A DNA stretch of 64,000 bases, taken from positions 4,664,666 through 4,728,665 of the forward strand of contig CM119268.1 of assembly GCA_051294375.1 (NCBI GenBank), written 5' to 3'. The translations under genes and the position numbers were made by a program. The notes under the pieces are model-generated. The model made no database searches and was not told the DNA's origin. It was given only the letters and a program-made list of their open reading frames with translations. Source of the stretch: Paraspadella gotoi (lineage: Eukaryota; Animalia; Chaetognatha). Shown in pieces: positions 12,711 through 34,964 of this stretch. Within the stretch, counting starts at the first letter, position 1, and each line of letters begins with the position of its first letter.

Positions 12711-15467
12711 AGAAGGCATCTCATGACTGCAACGACAACAACAACGACGACGACAAGAACTGCAAAGGACAACACAATGTTGAACTTTATAGGGTCGACA
12801 CTTTTTTTTTAATATCATTCTAATGAATTTTTAAATAAATTTTCAATTAATTGAATTAAAATTTATATTGAACTATAACTATGCGTCCATTTCAATTTAT
12901 TTTTTTTTATTTTTTCGCTTGAGTTTATCGCATCCTTGATCACATCTTTGCTTGAGTGAATTGGGTGGTCACACAGAAGTGAGATCCATCGTCCGGATGG
13001 TTATTTCAGATACTTTTTTTTCTTTTTTATTTCCTTTTTTTTTTTTTTACCAAAATCAGTGTCGATCAGCCGATTTTGAGTAAAGAAATAAAAATGCGAA
13101 AAAGAGAAGGAACCATTAGGGGTTTCATCAGCAATAATTCCCGATTTTCTCATTTAGACCCATTTTTCAATTAAACTGATAGAGAGCGAGAGATAAGAAT
13201 ATAGACAGAGACAGACGGACAGAAGAAAACACATGGTTGAAAAAACCTACTAATTAAATATTCTAAAAAAAATAGTAATTTAAATTATAATTAGAAATAG
13301 CCTTTTCACAATCGTTTTACTTCTTTACACTACCACAGGCGTATGTTTTTTAGCCCCTGACCTGTTAAAATCGGAGCTCGATTCCAAAACACACTTCACG
13401 AAGTTCAGGGTTCGAACCCGGGAAACAATAGTTCAGACATGGGAGTGGTTTATATATAGAAATCATTTAATAATCTGTCGCATTTTTACTGTTTTAATTA
13501 TAGCCACTAATTTCATTATCTCAGGAGTATGTCCATCGAGAGTTCAAAGAAACTTTACCTGTCATTTGATTTATCTGTGCGATCTTTAAATTTAAACTGG
13601 TTAGTTAATATATATTTATTTATTTTTTTTAATCATTTACTAATTTATTTATTTGTTATTTATTCTAAAATATCATTATATTTTCATAATGATTTTGTTG
13701 TTACATCGATTACAAAATTGTTAATTAGACCGAATTATAGACAGACAATGAAAAAATTGACAAGACCAATCTATCTACAGACGGACCGACCCTTCGATCA
13801 TCCGATTTCGTTGTATACGGGATCCTCTTCGTAAAATCGAAACCGCCTCGATTTTTTTGACATCTCGATTTCATCGTGTTTTCGTAGGAAAGTGTCTTAA
13901 ATGAGAACTAATTAACCTGTTAAGCGAATTAAGATCCTAAACCCAAGCGGATATCTTTGCCGAAACTTGTTATTGGCATCGTTATTAAGTTGAAAGAAAG
14001 ACAATTAGTAAATCTTAGACTTGGTTTTTCGCCTTTTTTTAGAAAGTTACTAGTAGGCGGGTGGAAAACGGAAACTGCCATTACTGCCAATACTTGTTCG
14101 ACTCATAGAACAGTCTTTTTTTAAAACCCTTTTCGTTATGCTTTCCAGCAGTTATGAAATTGTTGCAACCAATATAAAATTGAAATATTATACCACTTCA
14201 TTGATAGGGAAGCCAGGTACTCTGGGAGTGAATAAACGAGACTGTGAGAGAGTGAGAGTGCTTCAAGCCATTTAGAAAAATTTTGGTCCATTGAAAGTTT
14301 TCTCAGAATTGTATGAAATTTCATTTGGGAAAGTTCCCAAATCAAACTTCTGATCCACCGCATTGACAAAGTTTGGCCCTTCCAATGGTTTTCTCTCCTC
14401 TCTCTCTCTCTCTACAAAATGAATGCAACAATGAATTCATATATCATTTTGTTTGCAATTTTTATCTCGACAACCTCCACAGCCTAAACTGACGGACTTA
14501 TCCAGAGTTAGCAGCTTAGCCTTACGTTTTATCTACAAATAACTCGTTTGAAACAAAACAATCTTGACCTCAGAAATATATATACGTATATTACTATATA
14601 TTTCTTCGAAATGCATTGTTTCAAACCGCATAACGATACAATTCCATTTCGCTTTGGAGCTAAAATACGTTCGTAAATCAGTCGACAGCTGCACCAAAGC
14701 TGTAAAGAAAATTGCAATTTTATTTAAGGCCACAAAAGAATCTTGATAAATATCGACAAAGGTTGATTATCGGTGATAAAGTTTACTCATCGTTGACCTG
14801 TTTTTTTAAAACTAATTATATTACTCTTCTCCGCCGACGGATTTCAAATTTTTTTGAACGAGAAGGATAAAAATTAAAATCGTTAACCATTTAATGATTC
14901 TATTTTTAGTAGTTGAAAAATTTTGTACAACTAGAGAAGGATCCGAAGTTTTTAATTTGTTTTAAAGCTTTAGAAAGGCTCTACGTCTACAATATTTAAT
15001 TCTATTATGAAAAACCGAGTTAAAAAATTTTATGAGCTTACGACGTTAAGAGAACGTGGGAGGATGTATGGTTCCTTTACGGATTTTATTTATTTCTCAA
15101 TGTTAATATCTAATTTAAAACCGATCACAGTGAATCTCCCACCGCCACTAAAACGACAACAACAACGACAACGACAAATAAACTCGTCTCCCCTGGCAAC
15201 CGCGATAGATCCCCAGTCACAACGGGAGATAATCTTTTAATTTTCCTCCCAATCATTTCTCTCTCGTATAAAAAAGCTCGATATCGTCTGAAGTTAACTA
15301 CACAACAAGAAAAGTTATGACCCCTTGATTTGGATTTTCAGGAGCAGCTTAATCATTCTTTTTTTTCCTTTTTTTTTGTGCGAGAAAGTTTTGAGAAAAA
15401 ACAATTGTCTATCGGTTTCAGTATTTATTCATTTTTCTACACTTTTCTGACTTTTTACATATTTTAC

Positions 15468-15612
<145 letters not shown>

Positions 15613-16199
15613 AGGATATTTTAGGATCCGCTAAAACTTCAAGTTTACTTTAAAAATTCGTTTTGAAAAAAAAAGGCTTTTTGATTCAGTACTCAAATCT
15701 TAAAAAATTTAAGCCCCATTTTAAGATCTTGAAAATGAATAGAGCTATTACTACATTCCATCCAACAAGTATACAGCGTCCGATGTACAATATACATTAC
15801 AAATAATCAATACCAAACCCCCAATTCCTTATTACCTCAAATTGAGGTAATAAAGTTCTCAATGCCCAATGAGCTTCGACTCTGTCATCCCATTTTCGCG
15901 TGAAAGTCCTCCGACCTTCGGTTGACCCCGCGACTTGTCTCCACACACACACACTCGCACGCACTCACACACAAAAGTTCAGATCCTCATTCGTTAAAAC
16001 CAAAACTTTTTTTTTCTTTCAAAAAACTGAAGTTTATTGTCATTTTTTTTTCTTTCTTTCTTTTACTCGTCGCGATTTAATTTTTCTCTTCGGGCAAAAA
16101 GTTTTCGACGTTTTTGTCATCTTCGTCGTCGGTTGTCATCGTGTTGGTAGTTGATTTCTTAGTTCCATTTCGGACAATGGCTATGAGGATGACTGTAAG

Positions 16200-16256
<57 letters not shown>

Positions 16257-16514
16257 TGAATGAAGTTCTAATGAAGAGTAAAATTTTGTCAAAAATCTAA
16301 CCGGGTTCCCGAATAAAACACATCATTAAGATCATGAGTATCTGCGAATAAGCATTGAGTATCTGATACATCAAAAAGAATTGCAGTATCACAGTATTAG
16401 TTGAGTTTTTCCGCACCGTCCTTCACACCCTCTGGACAACCGGCTTCTCCCAGGCCTTTATTTCTTTTCTCTTTATTTTATTTTTTTTTTACAAATTTCG
16501 TAAAAATAAGAGTC

Positions 16515-16792
16515 ATTGGGTCACCAGAGGTCATCTCTAGAGAGAGACGCTTCCTCAGTTCCGAACGTTGATTGGCCGATTCGACGTCACGTGATCGAAT
16601 GACACCGGTGACGATTCTGATTGGTCGACGAGTGACGCGTCTGATTGGCCCATTCTTGGTACATCCTTTCGATCTCCGCGTTCGTGTCCCCGTCGCGACC
16701 CCCGTTGCCGTCGTCGTCGTCGTCGTCCTCGTCGTCGTCGTTCTCCTCCTCCAGCGACAGCCTCCCCCCTTTCTTCCCCATCTCCATAAAAG
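16515..16792 (+). promoter_or_regulatory. Putative promoter of the intermediate filament gene
   Basis: Four inverted CCAAT boxes (ATTGG at ~16516, 16571, 16620, 16644), a CACGTG E-box at ~16588 and TATA-like CATAAAAG at 16785-16792, in a CpG-rich patch just upstream of ATG 16942. Confidence 0.6.
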
Positions 16793-16941
16793 GGACGTCT
16801 GGCCGGGAGACCCTTCGCATTTTCTCTCTCCCTCTCTCTCGGCTCCCAAGGAGTCTCTGTCTCTGTCTCTGTCTCTCTCTCTCGTTTCGGAATCTTTCGT
16901 CGATTCTCTCCGCCGACTTTTGACGACAAAGAGAAACAAAG

Positions 16942-25404
<8,463 letters not shown>

Positions 25405-25406
25405 AG

Positions 25407-25502
<96 letters not shown>

Positions 25503-27112
25503 CACGCAAAAGCCAATGGAACCGAGTCACGCTGGATCACGGACTGGAACCAAATAATTTTTTTTTTAATGGAACGACGGCCAATCGAACTGTATTAATC
25601 GCTACGCAGCTGAATAGAAAAAAGGAAACATATAAGAAGAGGAAATTGTTTATTAAAATATATAAACATCTATTCTTCGCTTTCTCCCACTTTTGTTCTT
25701 TTTTTTTCATTCTTTGTCTCTTCTTTTCCCAAAAATTCCGTCGTAGACGTAGATTTTGATGGCATCGCTAAAGCACAACTAAATCGTTGAACGTTACGAT
25801 CGAAAAACAAAACACTTGTTTTATTTTATTTTTTTTTTTTTTTTGAAATATTCGATTTGTTCAAATCTGCAATCGATTATACTTTTTATAGTAATAAACA
25901 GAGCAAAACTATTACTTGGATATTACTGTTTTTTTTCTTTTACGGAAAGGAGATCAAATTGACTTTTCATTACTCATTTTTGTCAAAAAATTTACTTCGT
26001 TTAAGAATAATAGTTTTTTTAATATTTATTTTGAATATTTCTAACGGAAATATGTCTTCATTGAATTTTAGCAAAAGAGGGAAAAACGACATTATTTATT
26101 AATTTCAACATCTGATTACATTTTTCAACTTTTGTTAAACTTGATGAAATTAAGACACGGTTAACTCGTTTTAGACCATACAATATGATTTTCAAAGGAC
26201 AATTAAGGGTTCAAATGTGAAATTTTTTAGTGAAAATGTTGAAGTAGAAAGTCACCTCATCTTGTTTTTGTAATAAAAAAAAACCCTTTGTTCTGGGTAA
26301 TAGTATAATGATTATTCAGTTGTTTTAGCAACAAAAAAACAATCCGGAAGGAAATTAGTGTCTTTTTAAGACAGAAGTTGAAATGTTTTTTGACAGAAGA
26401 AAATTTCCTATTCTCTTTAGTTAGCTTCAAGCATATTTAATCTAGCTGCATTATTATACCATATTTTAAATGTCATAGACAGTTCATGTAATTTATTTTC
26501 ATGAAGTTATAAAATAAATACAAACAATAGATATTAAGTTTTAGAAAAAAAAAAAATTCGTGTCGCATCAAATGAGAAGCGAAATTTAAGCAGCGAAAAT
26601 AAAAAAGTAAATTGTAAAGCAAATCTTGCAAATACTTGCAAACAATTTTGCGTCAAGGCAAAGCACTCGTCGGTTTATCAAACCTTTTTCATTCGCATGC
26701 AAACATTAAGAGTTTATCTCCGTAACATTTTTGGTTAGAATTTGTTTTGAGCCGAATAAGTGAATAATGTGTACAATTTGGCAATTGGCCGTTCTTGAAC
26801 AAAAATTTATGGCCTTGAAAAACCTTTTTTTAAATTAAAGAGGCTAAATTTACTCAATTTACTTAGATCATAGGAAACATTTTGAGAAAAGTCAATTAAA
26901 CTGTGGTCCTAAATTTCTATTTGCGTTCCTAAGAATATCATTTTCTTATGTAAAATATTAATAAAAATATTAGGTAATTTTGATTTCAGTCTTAAATTTT
27001 TAGGGGTACTTCATTGAGGGCGGACAAGCAAGCGAAACCACTAGAAAAGCACCTAACTCACCTAAAATGCTGATTTAAAAACACAAACTTTAATAATAAA
27101 AATTAATAAAAA

Positions 27113-30100
27113 TTAATTTCTAATCCGAAAATATTCCCGGAGGAAGAGGAGGAAGAGGAGAAGGAAAGGAAGAAGAAGATCCGGAACGAAGATGGAACCG
27201 GAATTGCAAGGTTCCGTCTCATCCTCTCGATGATTGGGACAGTAGCATCGGTAGGCCGTAATCTTGTAGACGGGCCTGAGAGAGAGAGAGAGAGAGAGAG
27301 GCGCGGGTGAGGGCAAGGGATAAGGATAGGGTGAATCCGTTCGGAGAAAAAGAAAAGAGAAAAAAAGTGAGGAACAGAAAACGCGGGACAAACTAGTAGT
27401 AGGGCGGATCGGCATTTTTTTTTTTGGCTCCACTTTTTCTAATTAGACCCAGACTTTAAATGAATCTACGTTGCCTACATTAGTGGAAAGTAAACTTTTT
27501 TTAACCTCGGTATAAATGTCGGTATAAAAGTCGATAAAAAGTTTGTAAAAAAGTTCGTAAAAATTTGTATAAAAAAGATTGGTATTTGAACAACTTTATC
27601 ATTTTCTCTGGCTCGATAAAAACTTTCGGGAAAATGAGGTGCTTGCGATTAATGATCTTCCCACTAAAGTTGTTTCCCGTTACAGTAAAAATGTAAGTAA
27701 TATTTACATACCTGTTCTATAAAAATTAAAAGAATTAACAAAAAAATTGTTTTATCTTATTCACATCAACAATCCTGAAGTAAAAAATAAGCTGGGGCGG
27801 CTTAAAATGTAAACAGTAAATGAAACGATTTTTTCCTTATTGAGGTTACATTTCCGTAGTTTTTTTAACATTTTTAACCACCCTTTTTATGCTATAAATT
27901 CTGCGATATCTAAAAACACAGAGTAATAAATATACATTAAAATAAAAAATTAATAAAATAAATCCCTATTCAAAAAGCTAATTTTAAGAGCTAATATAAA
28001 AGCCATTATGAAAATGAGGCAAAAATTAATAATGAATACGAAAATACTATTTGATATTAATAGGCATTAAGGGATAAATTCTGAAGATAGGGCTAATTAT
28101 AAAAATTTGGTCAAGAGCTTTAGTCACCTAGTAAGCTTTCCCTGATTATTACTTATTCACTGGAACAAGATCATCTAACACTATGCTACAGCTTGACGGC
28201 ACAATTTTAGCGTTATAGCTATAGTAGTAAGCCCGGAAAAAATACTACTTTTATAAGATTTAAGTTATATAAAACCTATAAGCTGAGGCGGGGACAATCT
28301 GAATCCCACATTTCTTGTAAACCTGTTATTTGACAGCAACATTTTCATGCTCAGTATAAGTGAAAGTAAAAATTTGGAAAGAAAATTTAAGAATTTTCTT
28401 TTAAAAAGTTTAAATTGATTTTGCAATTAACCTATAAAAAATTGATTGAAGAGTAAATCTAAAAAACAATTCGGTCTTAACAATCATATTTATTATTTTT
28501 ATATTATAAATTCAATGCATGTTATTTACTAAATGTTTAAAAATATAAAACTTTTTTTTGAAAACTTGAATCTAAATACAAAATTTAATTTATTCAAAAT
28601 GGACAAATTTTAATTTCACTGTATACTCAGAAACAACAGCAAGACTTTCATGCAGCGGTAGAAAACTAGCAAGCAGTTGAACAATCTCAAGTTGATAGCC
28701 TTTTTTCAATTAATTTTCTAAATTAAATATACTACAGTATCACTATAAACGAAAGAGATAATCTCTGATTTAAAAAAGACTCTTGAATGGATATTTTAAC
28801 ATTTTTAGACAATCTTATCACGCAAATAGTGTTTTTCTTTTATTATTTAAAAATCTTGAATTTCAGTTATCACGAGAGATTGCTCCAAAAAACTGAATGA
28901 CAGAAAAGGGGATACGTTTTAATATCCGTCGGTTTGTAAAAATAAGAATTCTAGGAGGCACTGTGTCAGAAAAAATGCTCGTCGGAAGATGAACAAACGA
29001 GTCACTGTGTCAGAAAAAAAAAACATAATATATAGAAAATAATATTTATAATGTCAAACGAAGCGGGAAACATAAAATAATGAAAAAAGAAAAGAAAAGA
29101 AAAGAAAAACAAAACAAAGAAAACAGAGCTAAGATTTTGGATAGAAAACGAAGCCGAGAAAATATATGGCGAGAAAGCCCAAGGTAGTTGAGGAGAAAGG
29201 GATTAGGGACGAGCCCAAATTGCACGGGTCGAGCTCATCGGGTCTGTGATTGGGACAGTAACATCTGTATGCTCTGACTTTGTATCGCGGGCTTTTTTTT
29301 TCATTGGAGAGAGGGTGGTTGGGGAATTTTGAAAAATTCGGCGGTTAGTGGTTTTTAAGTGGAAGTGGGAGGGTTTTTTCGTTTTATGGTGGGAAGAGGG
29401 TCGAAAGGGAAAATTAAGGAAAAAAAAAGGATAAAGAAAAAGAGATATAAGGTTGAGTCAAATTTGGTCGAATTCGCAGGAGGCAGCTTGTAACAAATAA
29501 ATAATTAATTTTTTTTTATTTGTTTGAATAAATTTTTAATTGGTTGCATTTTTTTTGGCTCGGATTCTGATGAATAAAATCCGCTTTTTTAAAAACTCAT
29601 GTTTTTTTGATAACGATTTTCGCCATACGTTTTGTAAGGGATGGTGACAAAACATTATCGCAGTAAGTATTCAACTTCTTTTCAATATGAAAAATCAGAG
29701 TGAGTTGCAGAATAGAAAACGAGGCTCACTTCAGGGTCATCTGGATTTTTGATTGACATATTCTAATAACAAATTTCTCGTACTCTATTATTACTTAATC
29801 TATTCTATTCTATGCTAGTCTATTCTATTCTATTATATTCTTAATTTCTAATTCTGTATTTAGTCTATATTTTCTATTCTGCAACAAAACCAACTTTGAC
29901 ATAATTTCCCTATTTCACCAAAAAAAAACCCCCAAAAAACACGGTTTTGTTGAAAAAATTTTTCATCGACCATCCATTTTCGAGTTAGAATCGGATATTA
30001 CATACAATATGATTTAAAAACGCCATTAAAACTAGGTTACATTAACATTAATCTAAATTCATGATTTTTTTACCTCATGTGTTCGATGAGCAAATTTTCG

Positions 30101-30799
30101 CAGTATTCGTCCCAAAGTTTTCCCTTCATATTTTCGTCGCTGTCGTCTTGGGGATATTCCTTTGGCGGGGGGGCGCAGCCCTCCAGGATGTACTGTATTA
30201 TATATAATGAAAACTCTATTGACATGTTTTAAAATAATGAACGAATACATGGTAGACTGTAGACTCTACTGCCTACCATCTGTAGAGCCATAATTTTACT
30301 AATTCTAGATTTAGTCTCAGTCTTAAAGCAAAGAAAACCTAGTGGTTTCAGATTAATTGGAATTTGATCATTTGATTTACCAAATCAAAAAGTATTTTAG
30401 GATTTTAAATTTTTAATAGTTTGTTTATTGAATAATTAGATAATCTTTATATTTTATATTTTTATATAGATTTTAAAAATTTGAAAATGTTTTTAATATT
30501 TTTCATATTACAAATATTTAAAATACTCTCTATATTCTAATATTTCTAACCATTGTGGACGTGTTCTTTTCTTGCGTCTTGATATTTCTCACGCAAGTCG
30601 TTTCCTTTTCCGTACAATTTTCCTGCGAATAGACAATACGAAACTATATTATACATCATTAATAAATAAACAATTATTAAATTAAAGATTTTGAAAGTAA
30701 ATGGGCTGACCCGAACGCAGGTATCGAGGTAAATCGTCTCGTCGCCCTTAGAACCAGGACCGATTTTCATGGAGCAATGCTTGTCGTAGTCGGGATTTT

Positions 30800-30879
<80 letters not shown>

Positions 30880-31056
30880 CAGTATGATCACGTGTTTTAA
30901 AATAATAAAATAAATAATAATAAAAACAACAACAACAACGCATACCTTCGTCCGTGTCTGGCAACGTCTTCCATCTGTATGTTTCCGATCTTCGCCAGCA
31001 TTGACGCGGCTTGATATTAGATAAGCATTGGAATTTAATATTTGAGAGAAGGATAA

Positions 31057-31118
<62 letters not shown>

Positions 31119-31256
31119 GGTCTGTGCGTCTCAACTCGTCCTCGTCTCCCCATTTACCTGTTCAGGCGTGTGCTCCATCGAAAACCCATTGTCCAGTATC
31201 AAAACGAAAGTCAACGTGACGCCAAGCAAAATTTGGTTCCTCCTTTCGACCGTCAT
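27113..31256 (-). CDS. Ly6/uPAR three-finger-like (quiver/sleepless-type) GPI-anchored protein, isoform using distal last exon
   Basis: Exons 31256-31158, 31009-30946, 30799-30711, 30622-30551, 30192-30074, then 27275-27113. All phases join without indels. N-terminal hydrophobic signal (QILLGVTLTFVLIL), 10 Cys ending CYC...PCN, then a hydrophobic C-terminal tail (LLLPFLLLFLLFL). The family call rests on Cys count and the CN motif; the usual N-terminal CxxC is only CWRRS. Confidence 0.75.
29129..29291 (-). CDS. Alternative (proximal) terminal exon of the Ly6-like gene
   Basis: AG acceptor at 29292-29293, same phase. Encodes PRYKVRAYRCYCPNHRPDELDPCNLGSSLIPFSSTTLGFLAIYFLGFVFYPKS*, a paralog of exon 27275-27113. 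Both are 163 nt from acceptor to stop. Confidence 0.82.
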
Positions 31257-31514
31257 CTTATTGCTGAATCGTCCTCAACGGTCTGGCGGATGACCGTGGG
31301 GTTTTTTTTTATTGAAGTTGGAAGCCCTTTTCGTTGCACGTGGAATTTTTTTAAAAAAATTACAACAAATCGAGGTTTTATGTTTTAAGTTTTAAATCAT
31401 ATTAATAATAGCAACGTTGTTCATAAAGAAACGAAGTTATTGCAAATCGGCAAATGTTTTATCGTCCTGTGGAATGATGCCAAAAACGAGGAAGACGTCC
31501 CGGGAAAAGAAGGG

Positions 31515-31592
31515 CGGACGGCCAATCAGTTTCGAGCAGAGATTGGCGGCCAATCAAAAGGCGAGCTGCGCGATTGGCTCGACCAATGGGAA
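31515..31592 (-). promoter_or_regulatory. Cluster of five CCAAT boxes upstream of the Ly6-like gene
   Basis: gccaatca, gattggc, gccaatca, gattggc, accaatg within ~75 bp, plus a GGGCGG box at ~31512. Confidence 0.5.
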
Positions 31593-31644
31593 GAAGCGAT
31601 GAGTTGAAGCAGCACGCGGATTCGCAACGGTGGAGGGGGAGTTG

Positions 31645-31687
<43 letters not shown>

Positions 31688-32377
31688 ATAATGCTTCTCA
31701 ATCAAGCCGCTATACTTTTTATTGTTTCACAATTCTTCGTACTTAATTTCATTTTTACAATATCTGTATTTTGTCCGGCTTTCCTGATAATTAGTTTATA
31801 TTTTAGAACCGTTATCGCTTGAATAGTTTCTATACCTATATTAATTATTGAAACTTTGAGCACAGAAAAACAAACTAGTGCATCGACAGTAAACTTTATG
31901 TCGCGTAAAAGAACTAACGGCTTGTAGAAGACGAAAATAGTAAGTCGCCTCAGGCTTTTTGATTCTCAATTTCGTCGCAAAATACTTATAACTTTTGATT
32001 TTGTACGCATCCATTCTCCCAAAACTGCAATTTAAAATAATTTAAATATCTCTCCTGTCTTTCAGTTGGGATCACATTCCAAAAAAAAAGTTTGCCGTTG
32101 ACGATTATTATTATCAAATTAATAAAGTAGCAGCTGTTTTATTTAAAAACATGTCGAGAGATGTCGTTTCATACCGAAAAATTATGTCTTTTGTTTACAA
32201 GATGAAGATATTACGAAGTTTAGTTTAACTCTAAGCTAAAAGACATCAATATTATTTTATAAATAAAATCCCAGCACAAAAGGAAAGGGAGCATCAATTG
32301 TTATTCTACAAGTGCGTGTACATATAAAAATCGTTCACGGAAAAAAAATGTTGATTTTTTATTTATAGGGAACATTC

Positions 32378-34709
32378 CTAAGATAAATCACTTTGTCCGT
32401 TTATCAAATCTTTGAGAATCCTTTCTTTTTCCTCCCTTTCCCCATCCTCCTCCTCCTCCTCCATCCTCTTCCTCCCGATCTCGTTCGACCAATCAGAATC
32501 ATCGACGATCGATCCGCCCTCGTTTTCGAACGAATCCAAGATGGCGTCGCTTTTGACGAAGAGATCGAAAGCGTTTCGGTCGCCGAGGAAAACGTCGTCC
32601 TCTCTTTCCTTTCTCTCTTCCTCCTTCCTCCCTTCTTCCTCGCTCCTCTTGATGATCTTGTCGATCCAATCGTGATCTCCAGGATCAGCGTCGTCGAAAT
32701 CGTGAAAAGATTCGTGAAATTCGTAATCGTGTTCGTCGTCCATGAAATCTCGATCTTCCTCAACCTCCTTTTCATCTTCTTTCCTTTCCTCCCTTTCTTC
32801 TTCAACCTCCAGTTCATCTTCTTTCCTTTCCTCCCTTTCCTCCTCAGCCTTCTCTTTCTTTACCTCCCTTTCTTCTTCAACCTCCTTTTCATCTTCTTTC
32901 CTTTCCTCCCTTTCCTCGTCAGCCTCCGTTTCATTTTCTTTCCTTTCCTCCTTCTTTTCCTCATTCCGAGCAGAAAATTCTCTGAAAGTTCTATCCGCCG
33001 CCCCTCCACACACTCTGGCCTTTCCATCCTTTGTGGCCGCTCTGGCCTCTACATCCACTTTGGCCTCTCCGGCCTCTTCATCCTCTTTGGCCTCTCCGGC
33101 CTCTTCATCCTCTTTGGCCTCCCCGTCCTCTCCAACGTCTCCGTCAGCAATTTGGTCCGATTGGTTTTCGTTGGCCTCTTCATCTACATCAGCTTTGTCC
33201 GTGGATTGGTCTCCTTTTCGGTCATTGCTCGTTCCTGTCTCCTTCCGACTCAGAATGCCTTTGCATCTGTCATGTTTAAAAGACAGGAAGGCATGTCAGT
33301 AAATGTATTATTTTCTGCTAATACAAAGACAAATTATTAAAATAGCTTTCCTATTACCATATATTTACCACTTCGAACATTAGTTTACTCCGCAACATCA
33401 CTTTTACCTTCGCCAGTAACGTTCCTACTCATTTTCCCAGCAATATAACTTCCCCTTATCCAGCACGTTCAGCTACCCCTTCCCCAGCAACAAGACTTTT
33501 CCCTTCCCCGAATTCCCCTTCTCCAGCAACCAGCATCCTGGGTTTCTCTTTCCCTTCTCCCTTTTCCTCTTTTCCCTTTCCCCATCACTTCTACTCCGCT
33601 TTCTTCGACCACATTAATTCCCCCTTCTCCCTCACTTTCGCCCCTATTTCCCCCAACTACACCATTCTCCTTTCCCCAGCAACATCATCTACCTGTCCTC
33701 GACGTTCTCGTGATCTTCGAACTGACAAATTCCGAGTTTAGAGACGACCGTGCCATCTGGACAAGGTCGTTCGATCGGAGCCGATCTCATTCCCATGCAC
33801 TGGAGGTACCTGTGACAAGACGCAATGTGTAGGAGGTAAAGGAGAGAGTTATTTTTAAGTCGGTATACAATTAATTTGCATTTTTTAGTCATTTTCTTGG
33901 TTCAAAATATATATAATATAATATATATAATTACTACGTTCTACTATTATGTATATTATGTATATACTCCCATCCCCATGTCCCCCCTCCCTTTCCCCGT
34001 TCCCCATTTCTTCACCTATCCCCAATATCTTCCCCTATCTCCAATCTCTTCCCCTATCCCCAATCTCTTCCCCTATCCCCAATCTCTTCCCCTATCCCCA
34101 AGCTCTTCTCCCCCCCTCTCACATGGAACAGTTCTCCGGATGAGCAAACGTCTCGTTTCCGCTGATGCAGATTTTGTTGAAGACGTGTTCGGTGCTTCCG
34201 TCGTGGACGCAGACCTTTTTGAACTGATCGAACCGGGTGTTGGGTGGACACTTCTTCGGCCTTTCATTTTTTGGGGTTTTTTGATGTTTTTTTTTAGTGA
34301 GAAAAGTAATTATGAATAATAAATTTGATTGATTATTGTTCACCCCAGTCACTCCAGCCACCATTTCCACCCCGCCTCTTCACTCACACGATCCTCTCGT
34401 GCACGGTTCCAGGCCAGAGACAAATGTAGTAGCGGGTTTTGTCAGTTATATCCGGGTGACGATAGACGCTTAAATCTTTGTGACAAAAAGTCCGAATGTA
34501 ATCGGGAATCTAAGGATGGATAGGATAAGAATTTCCTGTGCAATCAATACTTTAATCAATTATATTATCATTAACGTAATCGGTTTCATATTAAATTTTC
34601 AAAACCAAATGAATGAATAATAAATACTTTCAAACTAATCAATAATAAATAAATAAACAAATAAATAAATAAATTTATAAAAAATAAATAAATAAATGAA
34701 TGAATAAAA

Positions 34710-34800
<91 letters not shown>

Positions 34801-34877
34801 ATTAATTAATTAATTAATTAATTAATTAAAAATTAAAAAAATTAAAATTAAAAATAATAAATAAATTATAAAATTAA

Positions 34878-34964
<87 letters not shown>

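Noticed and set aside
12351-12812. 153-aa hydrophobic ORF and similar ORFs at 15330, 17043, 21408, 49619-50313 and 51284
   Set aside because: Translations of CT, TTTA, CTTT or GA microsatellites and a minisatellite.
13350-13430. B-box-like gggttcgaacccggg suggesting a tRNA
   Set aside because: No convincing A-box or cloverleaf; too little to call.
32393-33340. 315-aa + strand hydrophobic ORF
   Set aside because: Antisense shadow of the acidic last exon of the kringle/chitin-binding gene.
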